From the NCBI GenBank assembly GCA_027486795.1, contig JAIXOI010000006.1, forward strand, positions 38,406-102,405: a DNA stretch of 64,000 nucleotides. The letters run 5' to 3'. Below the pieces are notes generated by a model. The model saw only the letters and a list, made by a program, of their open reading frames with translations, ran no database searches and was not told the origin of the DNA. The stretch's first letter is position 1, and each line of letters starts with the position of its first letter. Positions 39,473-49,015 of this stretch are shown one piece after another. This DNA is from Sphingobacteriales bacterium. Its GTDB lineage: Bacteria; Bacteroidota; Bacteroidia; Chitinophagales; CAIOSU01. The translations under genes were made by a program, and so were the position numbers.

Positions 39473-39538
39473 CCAACGGATAAGATAATATTGCAATAGG
39501 CAATCCTAAATTTAAATTTACTCGATACTCCAAATAAA

Positions 39539-40873
39539 ATGAATATACAAAAACGTTTCTTCGGTTTGCTAATGTTGGTGGCTATGTTTGCTACCAGTGG
39601 TTGTGTTAAAGACGATTTTGATACACCCGATAACAATGGTTGCCTTGATGAGGGACTTACGGCCAACATTACCATTGCCGATCTTAAAAGCCGCTACATA
39701 AGCGGTAACCTTAAAATAACTGATACCTTAATCATACAAGGGGTAGTAATTTCTAGCGACCAAAACGGCAATTTCTACAAAGAGCTAGTTATACAAGATG
39801 CTACAGGCGGTATCTTATTGCTAGTTGATCAAACCAACATGTATACCGACTACCCAGTTGGAAGGCAGGTGTATGTAAAGGTATTGAACCTATATATGAG
39901 CAATTATGGCGGAGTGATTCAGGTAGGTGCCTCTATCAACCCAGATGATAATAGCTTGGAGCGTATACCGCAATCGTTGTTAACGGATATTATTAAAAAA
40001 GGGGCCTGCAACCAAAATGTTACCCCACTAGAAATTACGGCTAGCCAACTCGACCCTGTTATACACCAAAGTACTTTGATTAAATTGGTGAGCGTGAAAA
40101 TGGCCGATAACGATGCCGGTGTTAGCTGGGCTACCGTTGGTGGCAGCTCTGCCCGCAACCGCACTATTTCCGATTGTAATAATGGTGCCCTTATTGCCCG
40201 TACCAGCGATTTTTCCAAATTTGCAGGCTCGCTAACACCGACCGAGCGTTTCAATATTACTGGCGTTTACAGCGTATTTAATAGCGATAAGCAGTTCAAG
40301 TTCCGTAGCCTCGATGATATAGAGCTTACCCCAGGTGCTACTTGCCCATGTATCGAGATTATTGGCCCAGTAAACGGCACTACCCGTTTTCATATTGACG
40401 ACATCAGGATATTTGATTTATCTCAAGATTTATTGCTTGAAGGTTTTACGAGTACTTCTGGCACCATAAACCTTGCAGGCTGGAAAAACATTACCCAAAT
40501 TGGCAATCTACCTTGGGTTAGTAACAGCGGTGGCGGACAAGTATACGCCAAAATTTCGGTGTATAATACCGGTCAACCTGAGGTAGCTACTTGGTTAATT
40601 ACTCCAGCAATAACAGTATCTGGCAATAGCGAAACCCTGACCTTTACTACCCAAGATGCCTTTGATGACGGTGCTGCTTTGGAAGTGTTGGTTTCTACTG
40701 ACTATGACGGTGGAAACAACCCAGAGAACTTTACCTGGACTAAACTTTGCCCTACCATAGCCGGTGGCGATGCCAATGGCTTTGGCGCAAGTTTTGTGCC
40801 TTCTGGCAATGTCGATATTTCTGGCTTCACAGGCACCACATATGTTGCTTGGCGCTACAAAGGCCAAGATTAA
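39539..40873 (+). CDS. Surface lipoprotein with DUF5689-like OB folds and a C-terminal adhesin-like beta sandwich
   Basis: Lipobox TSG-C followed by acidic KDDFD; TIADLK, GVVISSDQNGNFYKELVIQDATGGI; WLITP, LEVLVSTDY, YVAWRY. Confidence 0.85.
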   Translation: MNIQKRFFGLLMLVAMFATSGCVKDDFDTPDNNGCLDEGLTANITIADLKSRYISGNLKITDTLIIQGVVISSDQNGNFYKELVIQDATGGILLLVDQTNMYTDYPVGRQVYVKVLNLYMSNYGGVIQVGASINPDDNSLERIPQSLLTDIIKKGACNQNVTPLEITASQLDPVIHQSTLIKLVSVKMADNDAGVSWATVGGSSARNRTISDCNNGALIARTSDFSKFAGSLTPTERFNITGVYSVFNSDKQFKFRSLDDIELTPGATCPCIEIIGPVNGTTRFHIDDIRIFDLSQDLLLEGFTSTSGTINLAGWKNITQIGNLPWVSNSGGGQVYAKISVYNTGQPEVATWLITPAITVSGNSETLTFTTQDAFDDGAALEVLVSTDYDGGNNPENFTWTKLCPTIAGGDANGFGASFVPSGNVDISGFTGTTYVAWRYKGQD

Positions 40874-40917
40874 GTTGCCGTTAGTTTATTAACGATTACC
40901 CGCTATTCTTTTATAAA

Positions 40918-40949
40918 GAACGCCCCAATGATAACACGTTGGGGCGTTC
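40918..40949. terminator. Hairpin between convergent genes, probably a bidirectional terminator
   Basis: GAACGCCCCAA-N10-TTGGGGCGTTC. Confidence 0.75.
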
Positions 40950-40976
40950 GATTTTGGAGGAAAACCAAAGTTTGTC

Positions 40977-41765
40977 CTAAAAGAATACTTCAGTAGCCCC
41001 AAAGCCATATTGTGGTGCATAGCATGGGCCATACGAGCGCACATGTGGGTGCTTTTGCAATAGCGCGTAAAGCTCCTTTTTAAGCTTGCCAGTGCCTACT
41101 CCATGTATAAATACCATATAGTGTAGTCCGTTGGCTATCGCTAAGTCTAGCTGCTTATTAAAAGTATTTAACTGCACATGAAACTTCTCGCCCGACGACA
41201 TGGTGCCATCGTCTTTCATAATGGCCTCAAAATGCAAGTCTACTTCAAAGCGCGTGGTGCTGATGCTGGTTTTTTCCCCCGATGGGGTATTTTCAAGCAT
41301 GTACATGCGCAACAATTCGGTATCTACTGCCAGCGGTTTTTTGGCAACAGGTGGTACCGGTTTACTGGTTTTGGGCAGCCAAAGCTCGTATTGATAGGCC
41401 GGTGCATCAAAATACTCATGGTGTTTTAGCTGCAGTAGGTTTTTGGGCTTGGGTCGTATGCTCTTTTCAAAATGCTCCGTTTTGCCTTGCCATAAAACAT
41501 GGCAACGCAGGTTTATCACAGGCTGGTCGGCCAGTTTCATAAAATCCAGATCGGTTATTACAATGCAGTCGCCAGCCGATACATTTCCCTCAAACCCTTC
41601 GGACCATTGTTTGTTCAGTTCCAGGTCAAAATCATAGTATACCGTTTCGGCCAATTGGTTAAGGAGATATAGGGTATACATATGCAGCGTGCCCGCTACG
41701 TCATATCGGGGTACAAAGGCTAAAAAGAAGCCTTGCGGTGCGGAGTTTGGGTTAGGATTAGCCAT
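40977..41765 (-). CDS. Smr domain protein with DUF2027-like N-terminus
   Basis: EVDLH, FIHGVGTGKLK, YGFGATEV; -7 box TACCTTTG near 41812-41819. Confidence 0.85.
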   Translation of the reverse strand: MANPNPNSAPQGFFLAFVPRYDVAGTLHMYTLYLLNQLAETVYYDFDLELNKQWSEGFEGNVSAGDCIVITDLDFMKLADQPVINLRCHVLWQGKTEHFEKSIRPKPKNLLQLKHHEYFDAPAYQYELWLPKTSKPVPPVAKKPLAVDTELLRMYMLENTPSGEKTSISTTRFEVDLHFEAIMKDDGTMSSGEKFHVQLNTFNKQLDLAIANGLHYMVFIHGVGTGKLKKELYALLQKHPHVRSYGPCYAPQYGFGATEVFF

Positions 41766-42118
41766 TTTAGTGAAACCATAACAAGTGTTAGCACTGCTAT
41801 GTTCAAGGCTGCAAAGGTAAGGCTTGTAAGGCAGGTTTTTTAACGTAAGAAAGCAGTTGCGTAGCGCATTGCTGTTTATGGCATCGGCCTAACCGCCAAA
41901 GGTTAATTCATTACAGGAGCTGGTGCTTTTAATCCTTTTAAGGCCTAAACCATATATGCCTAGCGCTTTGTAGTATTGGCATTTGTTTTACAAAAAACAT
42001 ACTAAAGCACAACTTAGGTTTTAGCATGAAATATTGAGCCCAAGCTCGTAAAACGGCCTGTTTTTCAATCAAAAAAACTACTTTTAAGGCAAGTTATCAA
42101 ACCTAAAAAGGGCATAGT

Positions 42119-42772
42119 ATGAACATGGATATATTCACGGAGCGCGACCTAGTGCACAGCCAGCCGCCTATCGTGTTTACCAAACCTTGGTTTGCGCGGG
42201 GCTGGGTAATAGGTGCATTTTGGGCCATTCTGGTTACGGCTTATGTGGCTATTGGTTATATTTTGCCGGGCGGTGTCATGCGCATTTGGTTGGTTTTGGC
42301 TGGCTTGTTATGGGTTTTTACGTTCATAAAGTACCTCAAAGGGGTTAGGTTTATCGAAGTTTCGGGCGAAGTGGTGCGTATATTTGCCCGCGATACGGTT
42401 ACACCCATTGGCGAAATCCCGTTTGAGCGCATGACGTTGGTGCAAGACATCAACGAAATCTATTTCATCCGCAAGGCAAAGTTTACGGGAGGTTTTTCGT
42501 TAAAGAAGGTGTATTGGAAGAATGACTGGGAGCATATTAACCTAGTTTTCAAAACCAATGCATCGTATGTAATGAACAACTACAGCCAAATGAGCCACGG
42601 GGGCTTTGACTCACTGCCCACCATCTTGCCCTCTTCGCAGTCAAGGGGCAGGGGCTTTGGGGTGTTCGGTGCTGCAGTTTACGTTTATGAAATGCTTATT
42701 GGAGTATTGTTGTGGTTGCCCTTTAATGCGTTAATGACGGAGCAAAAAACTACCCACAGGCCAAACAATTGA
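42119..42772 (+). CDS. Hypothetical membrane protein
   Basis: 217-aa ORF with 2-3 hydrophobic helices; no family recognised. Confidence 0.6.
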   Translation: MNMDIFTERDLVHSQPPIVFTKPWFARGWVIGAFWAILVTAYVAIGYILPGGVMRIWLVLAGLLWVFTFIKYLKGVRFIEVSGEVVRIFARDTVTPIGEIPFERMTLVQDINEIYFIRKAKFTGGFSLKKVYWKNDWEHINLVFKTNASYVMNNYSQMSHGGFDSLPTILPSSQSRGRGFGVFGAAVYVYEMLIGVLLWLPFNALMTEQKTTHRPNN

Positions 42773-42933
42773 TGTATAGCATTGAGATTAGCTTTAGAAT
42801 AATTCCGCTGCACTGTTGAGCCATCTTGTGGTAATCCCAAACTAGCGAATAGGTTTTATTATTGGGCCATTTTTATACTTTTCGGCTTTATTCAGGACCT
42901 TGTTTTTATTACAAGGCAAAAGGGCATCAAGTA

Positions 42934-43103
42934 GGGTTTTGTCGTGTGTGAATAGTTGTTAAACAAGCTAAAATAGTTATTATTAAAAGTTAATGTATTT
43001 TTGGCATCTTGCGTTTTTTTGGCCAGAGATTGATAACGGTTTGCGTGTATAGCATGAACCCCGGAAGCCCCGCCGATACTATAAAAAGTACACGACAAAA
43101 CCC
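42934..43103. repeat. 14-bp perfect inverted repeat enclosing 142 bp
   Basis: GGGTTTTGTCGTGT at 42934-42947 and ACACGACAAAACCC at 43090-43103. Confidence 0.7.
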
Positions 43104-43268
43104 CAAAGGGTTAGACAAAAAACCCAACCCACCAGCAGGCAGTGACTTGAGACACTAGACCCGTTTCCCGCATAAGGCCAAAGATTTGTAGTTTTGTGAA
43201 ACTGTATAACAGCCATGGACTGTAGACCGTCGCCAGAGGCGATACAAGGCATGGATCATTGACCAAAC

Positions 43269-43964
43269 ATGACGGAAGAAGAAAAAGCAAGGAAAGATTG
43301 GACCCAATATAAGGCAGAGTCGTCGTGGGCCATATTTAAGGTAATGAGCGAGTTTGTAGAGGGCTACGAAAAGATGAACCGCATAGGGCCTTGCGTGAGC
43401 ATATTTGGCTCTGCACGCACCCCTGCCGATAGTAAGTACTACATAATAGCCGAAGAGATAGCCCGCAAGCTTGCACTGGAGGGATATGGCATTATTTCGG
43501 GTGGTGGCCCGGGTATTATGGAAGCCGCCAACAAGGGAGCGCACTCGGTTGGTGGTGCATCGGTGGGGCTCAATATCGACCTGCCACATGAACAAGGTGC
43601 CAACCCATATATCGATATGGACAAGTTGCTCAACTTCCGCTACTTCTTTGTGCGTAAGGTCATGTTCGTAAAGTATGCACAGGCTTTTGTACTGTTGCCC
43701 GGCGGCTTTGGTACGCTGGATGAGATGTTTGAGTGCCTTACCTTGGTGCAGACCAAAAAGATTGAAAAGATTCCCATTATACTATACGGCAGCGAGTTTT
43801 GGAGAGGCATGCTCGATTGGATAGCTACCACTATGCGCGATAAGGAGCATACCATTAGCCCTAACGACCTCGATTACCTCCAACTGGTTGATAGCCCCGA
43901 AGAGGTAGTAAAAATTATCAGAGACTATTATCGCTCAGAGCACGCATTGCGGCCTAATTTTTGA
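43269..43964 (+). CDS. LOG family nucleotide monophosphate nucleosidase (TIGR00730-like)
   Basis: VSIFGSAR, GGGPGIMEAANKGA, FFVRKVMF, PGGFGTLDE. Confidence 0.93.
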   Translation: MTEEEKARKDWTQYKAESSWAIFKVMSEFVEGYEKMNRIGPCVSIFGSARTPADSKYYIIAEEIARKLALEGYGIISGGGPGIMEAANKGAHSVGGASVGLNIDLPHEQGANPYIDMDKLLNFRYFFVRKVMFVKYAQAFVLLPGGFGTLDEMFECLTLVQTKKIEKIPIILYGSEFWRGMLDWIATTMRDKEHTISPNDLDYLQLVDSPEEVVKIIRDYYRSEHALRPNF

Positions 43965-43976
43965 TTGTACCTTGTT

Positions 43977-45707
43977 ATGCGCACTATATTGTTTTTGCCT
44001 TTATCGCTGTTGCTTGTTGGTTTAGTTTGGTTTGCTACACCTGTTTATGCTCAAGTGATTGACACCTCCTTGAACTTCGGTCCACCGCTCGATGTGCCGT
44101 TATACCTTTCAGGCACGTTTGCCGAACCTCGTGCTAATCATTTCCACGGAGGGTTGGATATACGCACCGAGAGCCGAGAAGGCTTAAAGATATATGCCGT
44201 GCAAGAGGGCTTTGTATCGCGCATAAAAATAGCGGCATTTGGCTACGGCAATGCTATCTACATTGAGCACCCCAACGGCTATACGAGTGTTTATGCGCAT
44301 TTAAGCGGATTTAATGCCGAGATTGCGAAATACATCCATCAGCTGCATTATGAAAAAGAAAGCTGCAACTTGGATGAGGCTGTGCCTGCCGGAAAGCTCA
44401 AAGTAAAAAAGGGCGAAATGGTGGCCTACTCGGGCAACACAGGTGGCAGCGGCGGCCCACATTTGCACTTCGAGCTAAGGAACACCATTACCGAGAATGC
44501 AATCAACCCATTGCTATACGGCTTTCAGGTTAATGATAAGATGGCCCCGATAATCCACAACGTGTACGTTTACCCTAAAGACGATAACCTAACTGGCCCG
44601 GTGAGCTATGCTGCCCGCAAAACAACTACAGGGTACCGCCTAATGAAGGATACCCTTTACTTCAATACCGATACCATCACCTTTGGGTTGCACGCTACCG
44701 ATAAGATGGAAAACTCCGGTAGCACCAACGGCATCTATAGCCTCGAGGTGTTGGTTGACGACTCCGCCATATACCGTTTCCATATGGATAGTGTTTCGTT
44801 TGCCGAAACACGCTACGTGCAATGCCACGTTGATCATGCCGAGAAAGTAAACGACAACAACACGGTATACCGGTGCCACCGGCTGCCGGGCAATAACTTT
44901 AACTTCGTATACGATGTGCAGCAGAACGATGGCTTCTTGGCCATAAACGACACCACCTTGCACAAGGTGGTGCTAGTGAGCAAAGATTTCCAAGGCAATG
45001 CCTCTAACCTTACCTTTTATGTGGGCAAAAGCATAACCAGCAATGCCTTTAAATTACAAGTGCTCAACTTTGATACGGTGTTTTACCACAACCGAAGCAA
45101 TACTTTTTATGGAGCCGGCTTAAAGGCCCAGTTTAGTGAAAACACCTTTTACAACAAGGTTTTCTTTAATTATGATGTAGATAGTATTCAGCTTAAAAAC
45201 CTACAAGCAATGGGTCCGCTGCACCGTTTGCATAAAGATAGTGAGCCTGCACACAACAGTTACAGCCTATCATTGTTCGTAAACGAAGTGCCGCAGCACC
45301 TGCACCCTAAAGGTGTAATGGTGCGCATTGATAGGAACGGAAGAATAAAGCCATATAGCACCACACACGAAGGCTCCTGGTTTACGGCTAATCCGAAAGA
45401 GTTTGGCAACTTTACCTTGGTACTGGATACTTTGCCACCCGTAATTAGGCCCTATAACTTTGTAGCTGGCGCAGTAATTACGGGTAGAAAGGACATCCGT
45501 TTTACGATTAGCGACAATTTGAGCAATATTGACACTTACAGGGCAACGATAAACGGCAAATGGGTGCTGCTTACCTACGACTATAAAAACAACTTGCTGT
45601 TTTATACCCTCGACGAACATTGCCCGGCAGGCGAACTTAATTTTGAATTGGTTGTTACTGACAAAGCTGGCAACTCGGCAACATTTACGTGCACCTTCAA
45701 AAATTAA
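43977..45707 (+). CDS. M23 family metallopeptidase
   Basis: HFHGGLDI, GYGN, YAHL, GNTGGSGGPHLHFE; signal peptide from ATG 43977. Confidence 0.9.
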   Translation: MRTILFLPLSLLLVGLVWFATPVYAQVIDTSLNFGPPLDVPLYLSGTFAEPRANHFHGGLDIRTESREGLKIYAVQEGFVSRIKIAAFGYGNAIYIEHPNGYTSVYAHLSGFNAEIAKYIHQLHYEKESCNLDEAVPAGKLKVKKGEMVAYSGNTGGSGGPHLHFELRNTITENAINPLLYGFQVNDKMAPIIHNVYVYPKDDNLTGPVSYAARKTTTGYRLMKDTLYFNTDTITFGLHATDKMENSGSTNGIYSLEVLVDDSAIYRFHMDSVSFAETRYVQCHVDHAEKVNDNNTVYRCHRLPGNNFNFVYDVQQNDGFLAINDTTLHKVVLVSKDFQGNASNLTFYVGKSITSNAFKLQVLNFDTVFYHNRSNTFYGAGLKAQFSENTFYNKVFFNYDVDSIQLKNLQAMGPLHRLHKDSEPAHNSYSLSLFVNEVPQHLHPKGVMVRIDRNGRIKPYSTTHEGSWFTANPKEFGNFTLVLDTLPPVIRPYNFVAGAVITGRKDIRFTISDNLSNIDTYRATINGKWVLLTYDYKNNLLFYTLDEHCPAGELNFELVVTDKAGNSATFTCTFKN

Positions 45708-45713
45708 AGTATC

Positions 45714-46169
45714 ATGACCACTTTGCAACCTGGCCAAACGGCCCCCGACTTTACCACTACTGATCAGAACGGCAATGCCGTTAGTTTAAAGGCCCTAAAT
45801 GGCAAAAAGGTAGTGCTCTACTTTTACCCTGCCGATGATACCCCAACGTGCACCAAAGAAGCCTGCAACTACCGCGACAACTATGCCATGCTTACCAGTA
45901 AAGGATATGTGGTGTTGGGTGTAAGCGGCGATACCGAGAAGAAGCACCAGAAGTTTGTGGCCAAGTACGAATTGCCTTTTCCGCTATTGATGGACGAAGA
46001 CCGCACCATACAAAATGCCTACGGTGTATATGGCCCCAAGAAATTCATGGGCCGCGATACGGTGGGTATCCACCGCACTACTTTTGTGATTGATGAGAAA
46101 GGTACGCTAGAAAAGGTAATTACCAAAGTGGATAGCGCCAATGCAGCAGAGCAGGTGCTGGCGGGGTGA
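45714..46169 (+). CDS. bcp: Thioredoxin-dependent thiol peroxidase Bcp
   Basis: VLYFYP.DDTPTCTKEAC, RTTFVIDE. Confidence 0.95.
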   Translation: MTTLQPGQTAPDFTTTDQNGNAVSLKALNGKKVVLYFYPADDTPTCTKEACNYRDNYAMLTSKGYVVLGVSGDTEKKHQKFVAKYELPFPLLMDEDRTIQNAYGVYGPKKFMGRDTVGIHRTTFVIDEKGTLEKVITKVDSANAAEQVLAG

Positions 46170-46186
46170 TTATAGTCGCCCGGCAG

Positions 46187-46816
46187 CTACTTCTTAACCA
46201 TAGGCTTCCAAGGGCTATTGCCTGGGTTGCGTCCGTAAAGGATTTCCAATAATTCTAACAAATACTTGTTCTCGTTTGATGATTGCTCAGCTATCATATC
46301 TTCAAGCATTGGCCCAAGTAACGGCATCATTTCTGTAAGATTGAGTTTCCAAACTGAGTTTTCTCGATAGAAATGGAAAAATAGTGGGGTTACTGTACCC
46401 TTGCTCAAGTGTTGGGCGGTTGCAAAATCACCATCAATGGTTACAGTACCCAACGTGTTATCGGCAACACTACTTTTGCCTACCATGCCCCTATTTACAG
46501 CAAACACAAACATCTTATAGCCGTCAAAACTAATAATCTCAGCTACGGTGGCAACATGCCTAATTCCTAGGACCATTATCCTATCAATAATTGGGAGCCC
46601 TTGCACTTCTTTCTTTTGTCCGTACAAAGCCAATTGGCACATTTTGGCGTAGTACTCAATAGTTCTGCTATCAATTACATTGGCAGCATCCTCTCCTCTA
46701 TCTTTAAGTATAGCAGCTTTATATTCTGCGAAAACATTTCTAATGCTATCTTCTTGCCCTTTGGCAACTATAGAAAAGACCAATAATGCAGATAAAAGTA
46801 TAATTCGACTGCCCAT
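46187..46816 (-). CDS. Hypothetical exported protein
   Basis: 209-aa ORF with a signal peptide; AT-richer than neighbours. Confidence 0.65.
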   Translation of the reverse strand: MGSRIILLSALLVFSIVAKGQEDSIRNVFAEYKAAILKDRGEDAANVIDSRTIEYYAKMCQLALYGQKKEVQGLPIIDRIMVLGIRHVATVAEIISFDGYKMFVFAVNRGMVGKSSVADNTLGTVTIDGDFATAQHLSKGTVTPLFFHFYRENSVWKLNLTEMMPLLGPMLEDMIAEQSSNENKYLLELLEILYGRNPGNSPWKPMVKK

Positions 46817-46945
46817 TTGTAAGTTTTTAACTCCCTCAAAGCTAAATTAAATAAGATAAATGCTACCTCTTGTAAGGTTATTATCAGTGTAGAGGTTTGG
46901 TCTGCTGGTTGGCACTGTAAAGTGAATTTTTTTACCTCATACGTC

Positions 46946-46982
46946 CCATTTCCAAATTTCCAAATTGCCACATTTTCAAATT
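46946..46982. repeat. Octamer array (TCCAAATT)n
   Basis: CCATT TCCAAATT TCCAAATT GCCACATT TTCAAATT. Confidence 0.8.
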
Positions 46983-47185
46983 AACCCCCATTTTCCTCCC
47001 ACCCTTTCCCACCGTCCTGTAAAACATACTATCCACGCTGTTTGCGCCCGAAAGTGGGTGCTTTTGGGCCGTTTTAACGGGTTAGTTTTACATTGCCAAA
47101 ATTTAGCCCATTTGGAATTCTCAAAAAGCCTTTTCTAACCATACTTATCACATTATCAACACCTTTGGTCTTTGTCTTTTTAAGA

Positions 47186-47194
47186 TGTGGATAA
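47186..47194 (-). promoter_or_regulatory. Perfect DnaA box TTATCCACA
   Basis: TGTGGATAA on + strand; near-match TTATCAACA at 47153-47161. Confidence 0.55.
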
Positions 47195-47211
47195 ATTCCT
47201 AGGGGAAATTG

Positions 47212-47236
47212 GTGGGAGAATGTGGTAGAAAGTGGA
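47212..47236 (+). promoter_or_regulatory. MraZ binding repeats, 3 x GTGG with 10-bp period
   Basis: GTGGGAGAAT GTGGTAGAAA GTGGA directly upstream of mraZ. Confidence 0.85.
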
Positions 47237-47278
47237 AAGTTTTAGTAACTTTACCGTTATAGCTAATAAAAACAAGCA

Positions 47279-47740
47279 ATGGCGGGACTTTTAGGTGAAT
47301 TTGTAGTGAGTCTGGACGACAAAGGTCGTTTGAGGCTTCCTGCTGCCCTGAAAGGACAAATATCCCCTGCCGTGAACGGCCGTTTCGTTATCAACCGTGG
47401 ATTTGAGAAGTGCCTTACCATGTATCCTTACGATGAGTGGGAGCAAGTGAGCGCCAAAGTGAACAAGCTGAACACCTTTGTGAAGCGCAACCGTGAGTTC
47501 GCCCGTACGTTTTTCCGCGGCGCTACCGAGGTGACCCTCGATGGTGCCGACCGTATTTTGTTGCCCAAGCTTTTGGCCGATTATGCCGGCGTGGGTAAAG
47601 AGGTGCTGCTTACGGCCCGCAACAACGTGATAGAAATTTGGAACAAGGATACCTACGATGCTTTGATGGATATGGATAGTGACGCCTATGCTGACCTAGC
47701 CGAAGATGTAATGGGCGACCAGAAACCTGACCAGGAATGA
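47279..47740 (+). CDS. mraZ: Division/cell wall cluster repressor MraZ
   Basis: LDDKGRLRLP, GFEKCL, LDGADRILLP, EIW. Confidence 0.96.
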   Translation: MAGLLGEFVVSLDDKGRLRLPAALKGQISPAVNGRFVINRGFEKCLTMYPYDEWEQVSAKVNKLNTFVKRNREFARTFFRGATEVTLDGADRILLPKLLADYAGVGKEVLLTARNNVIEIWNKDTYDALMDMDSDAYADLAEDVMGDQKPDQE

Positions 47741-48633
47741 GTTACCACGTACCAGTAATGCTGAAGGGTAGCCTAGATGGGCTGGAAATAAAACCCGATG
47801 GCGTGTATGTGGATGTGACTTTTGGTGGCGGCGGGCACAGTAGAGCTATTCTGGAGCGGTTGAACGAGCATGGCAAGCTGTTGGCCTTTGACCAAGATGC
47901 TGATGCTGCCCAAAATGTGTGGAACGACCCGAGGTTGATTTTTGTGCCACAAAACTTTGAACACTTGAAACGCTATCTGAAACTGAACCACTTAACCCAA
48001 GTAGACGGCATATTGGCCGATCTAGGGGTTTCGTCATATCAGTTCGATACTGCAGAGCGCGGTTTCAGCACCCGTTTTAATGCTGCGCTGGATATGCGCA
48101 TGGATCAAGATAGCAAGCTTACCGCCGCTGATGTGCTGAACAACTATGATGCGGCCGAGCTGCAACGTGTGTTTGGCGAATATGGCGAAGTGCGCAATGC
48201 CCGCACCTTGGCTCATGCCATTGTGGGAGCCCGCACTGTAGTGCCTATGAATACCACTGCCGATTTGTTGGCCATTGCCGACCCATTGAGCATGGGCAAC
48301 GTGAACCGCTATATGGCGCAGGTTTTTCAAGCGCTGCGCATTGAAGTGAATAAGGAAATGGAAGTGTTGGAAGCCTTTCTTCAAGATGCCACTGATAGCT
48401 TAAAGCCTGGTGGCAGGTTGGTGGTAATCAGTTACCACTCGCTGGAGGATAGGTTGGTAAAGAACTACATACGTGCAGGAAATGCCAGTGGCGAGCCAGA
48501 TCGAGATGTGTTTGGCAAGGCCGAAATTCCATTGAAAGCCATCACCAAGAAGCCTATTGAGGCCGATGCGGAAGAGTTGAAGATTAATCCACGGTCAAGA
48601 AGCGCCCGTATGCGGGTAGCGGTAAAAGTATAG
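47737..48633 (+). CDS. rsmH: 16S rRNA m4C1402 methyltransferase
   Basis: HVPVM, DVTFGGGGHS, DLGVSSYQ, LDMRM, FQALRIEVN, SYHSLEDR, NPRSRSA. Confidence 0.97.
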   Translation: MSYHVPVMLKGSLDGLEIKPDGVYVDVTFGGGGHSRAILERLNEHGKLLAFDQDADAAQNVWNDPRLIFVPQNFEHLKRYLKLNHLTQVDGILADLGVSSYQFDTAERGFSTRFNAALDMRMDQDSKLTAADVLNNYDAAELQRVFGEYGEVRNARTLAHAIVGARTVVPMNTTADLLAIADPLSMGNVNRYMAQVFQALRIEVNKEMEVLEAFLQDATDSLKPGGRLVVISYHSLEDRLVKNYIRAGNASGEPDRDVFGKAEIPLKAITKKPIEADAEELKINPRSRSARMRVAVKV

Positions 48634-48637
48634 CGCC

Positions 48638-49015
48638 ATGGAGATTGAAGAAGAACTACAAGAGCCAGAAGGTACCAAGAGCGGCTACGCCAAATTGGTT
48701 GAATGGTTTAAGGGGGTGGATTTGAAGCAGGTGTTTACGCTGGAATATGCTTTAAAAAACTCGGCCTACCTCATTTTCTTGTTCGGACTGATGATTTTAT
48801 ACATAGGCAATACGCATGAAATGGACAATACTTCGCGCCGAATAGAGGTAGTGAAGAAGGAGATGAAGGAGTACCGTTGGCGGTACATGAGTGCCAAGGC
48901 CGATTTGATGTACAACTGTAAAATGACGGAAGTAGCCCAAGCCGTAAAGCCATTAGGCTTGAGAACCTTGGATGCACCGCCTAAAAAAATAGTAATAGCT
49001 AAAGGTGAGTATTAA
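48638..49015 (+). CDS. ftsL: FtsL-like cell division protein
   Basis: Single TM helix plus coiled coil, PPKKI; lies between rsmH and ftsI. Confidence 0.8.
   Translation: MEIEEELQEPEGTKSGYAKLVEWFKGVDLKQVFTLEYALKNSAYLIFLFGLMILYIGNTHEMDNTSRRIEVVKKEMKEYRWRYMSAKADLMYNCKMTEVAQAVKPLGLRTLDAPPKKIVIAKGEY

Noticed and set aside
46990-47240. Replication origin oriC
   Set aside because: Only one perfect DnaA box and no clear DUE or dnaA-region context; cannot be supported without GC skew
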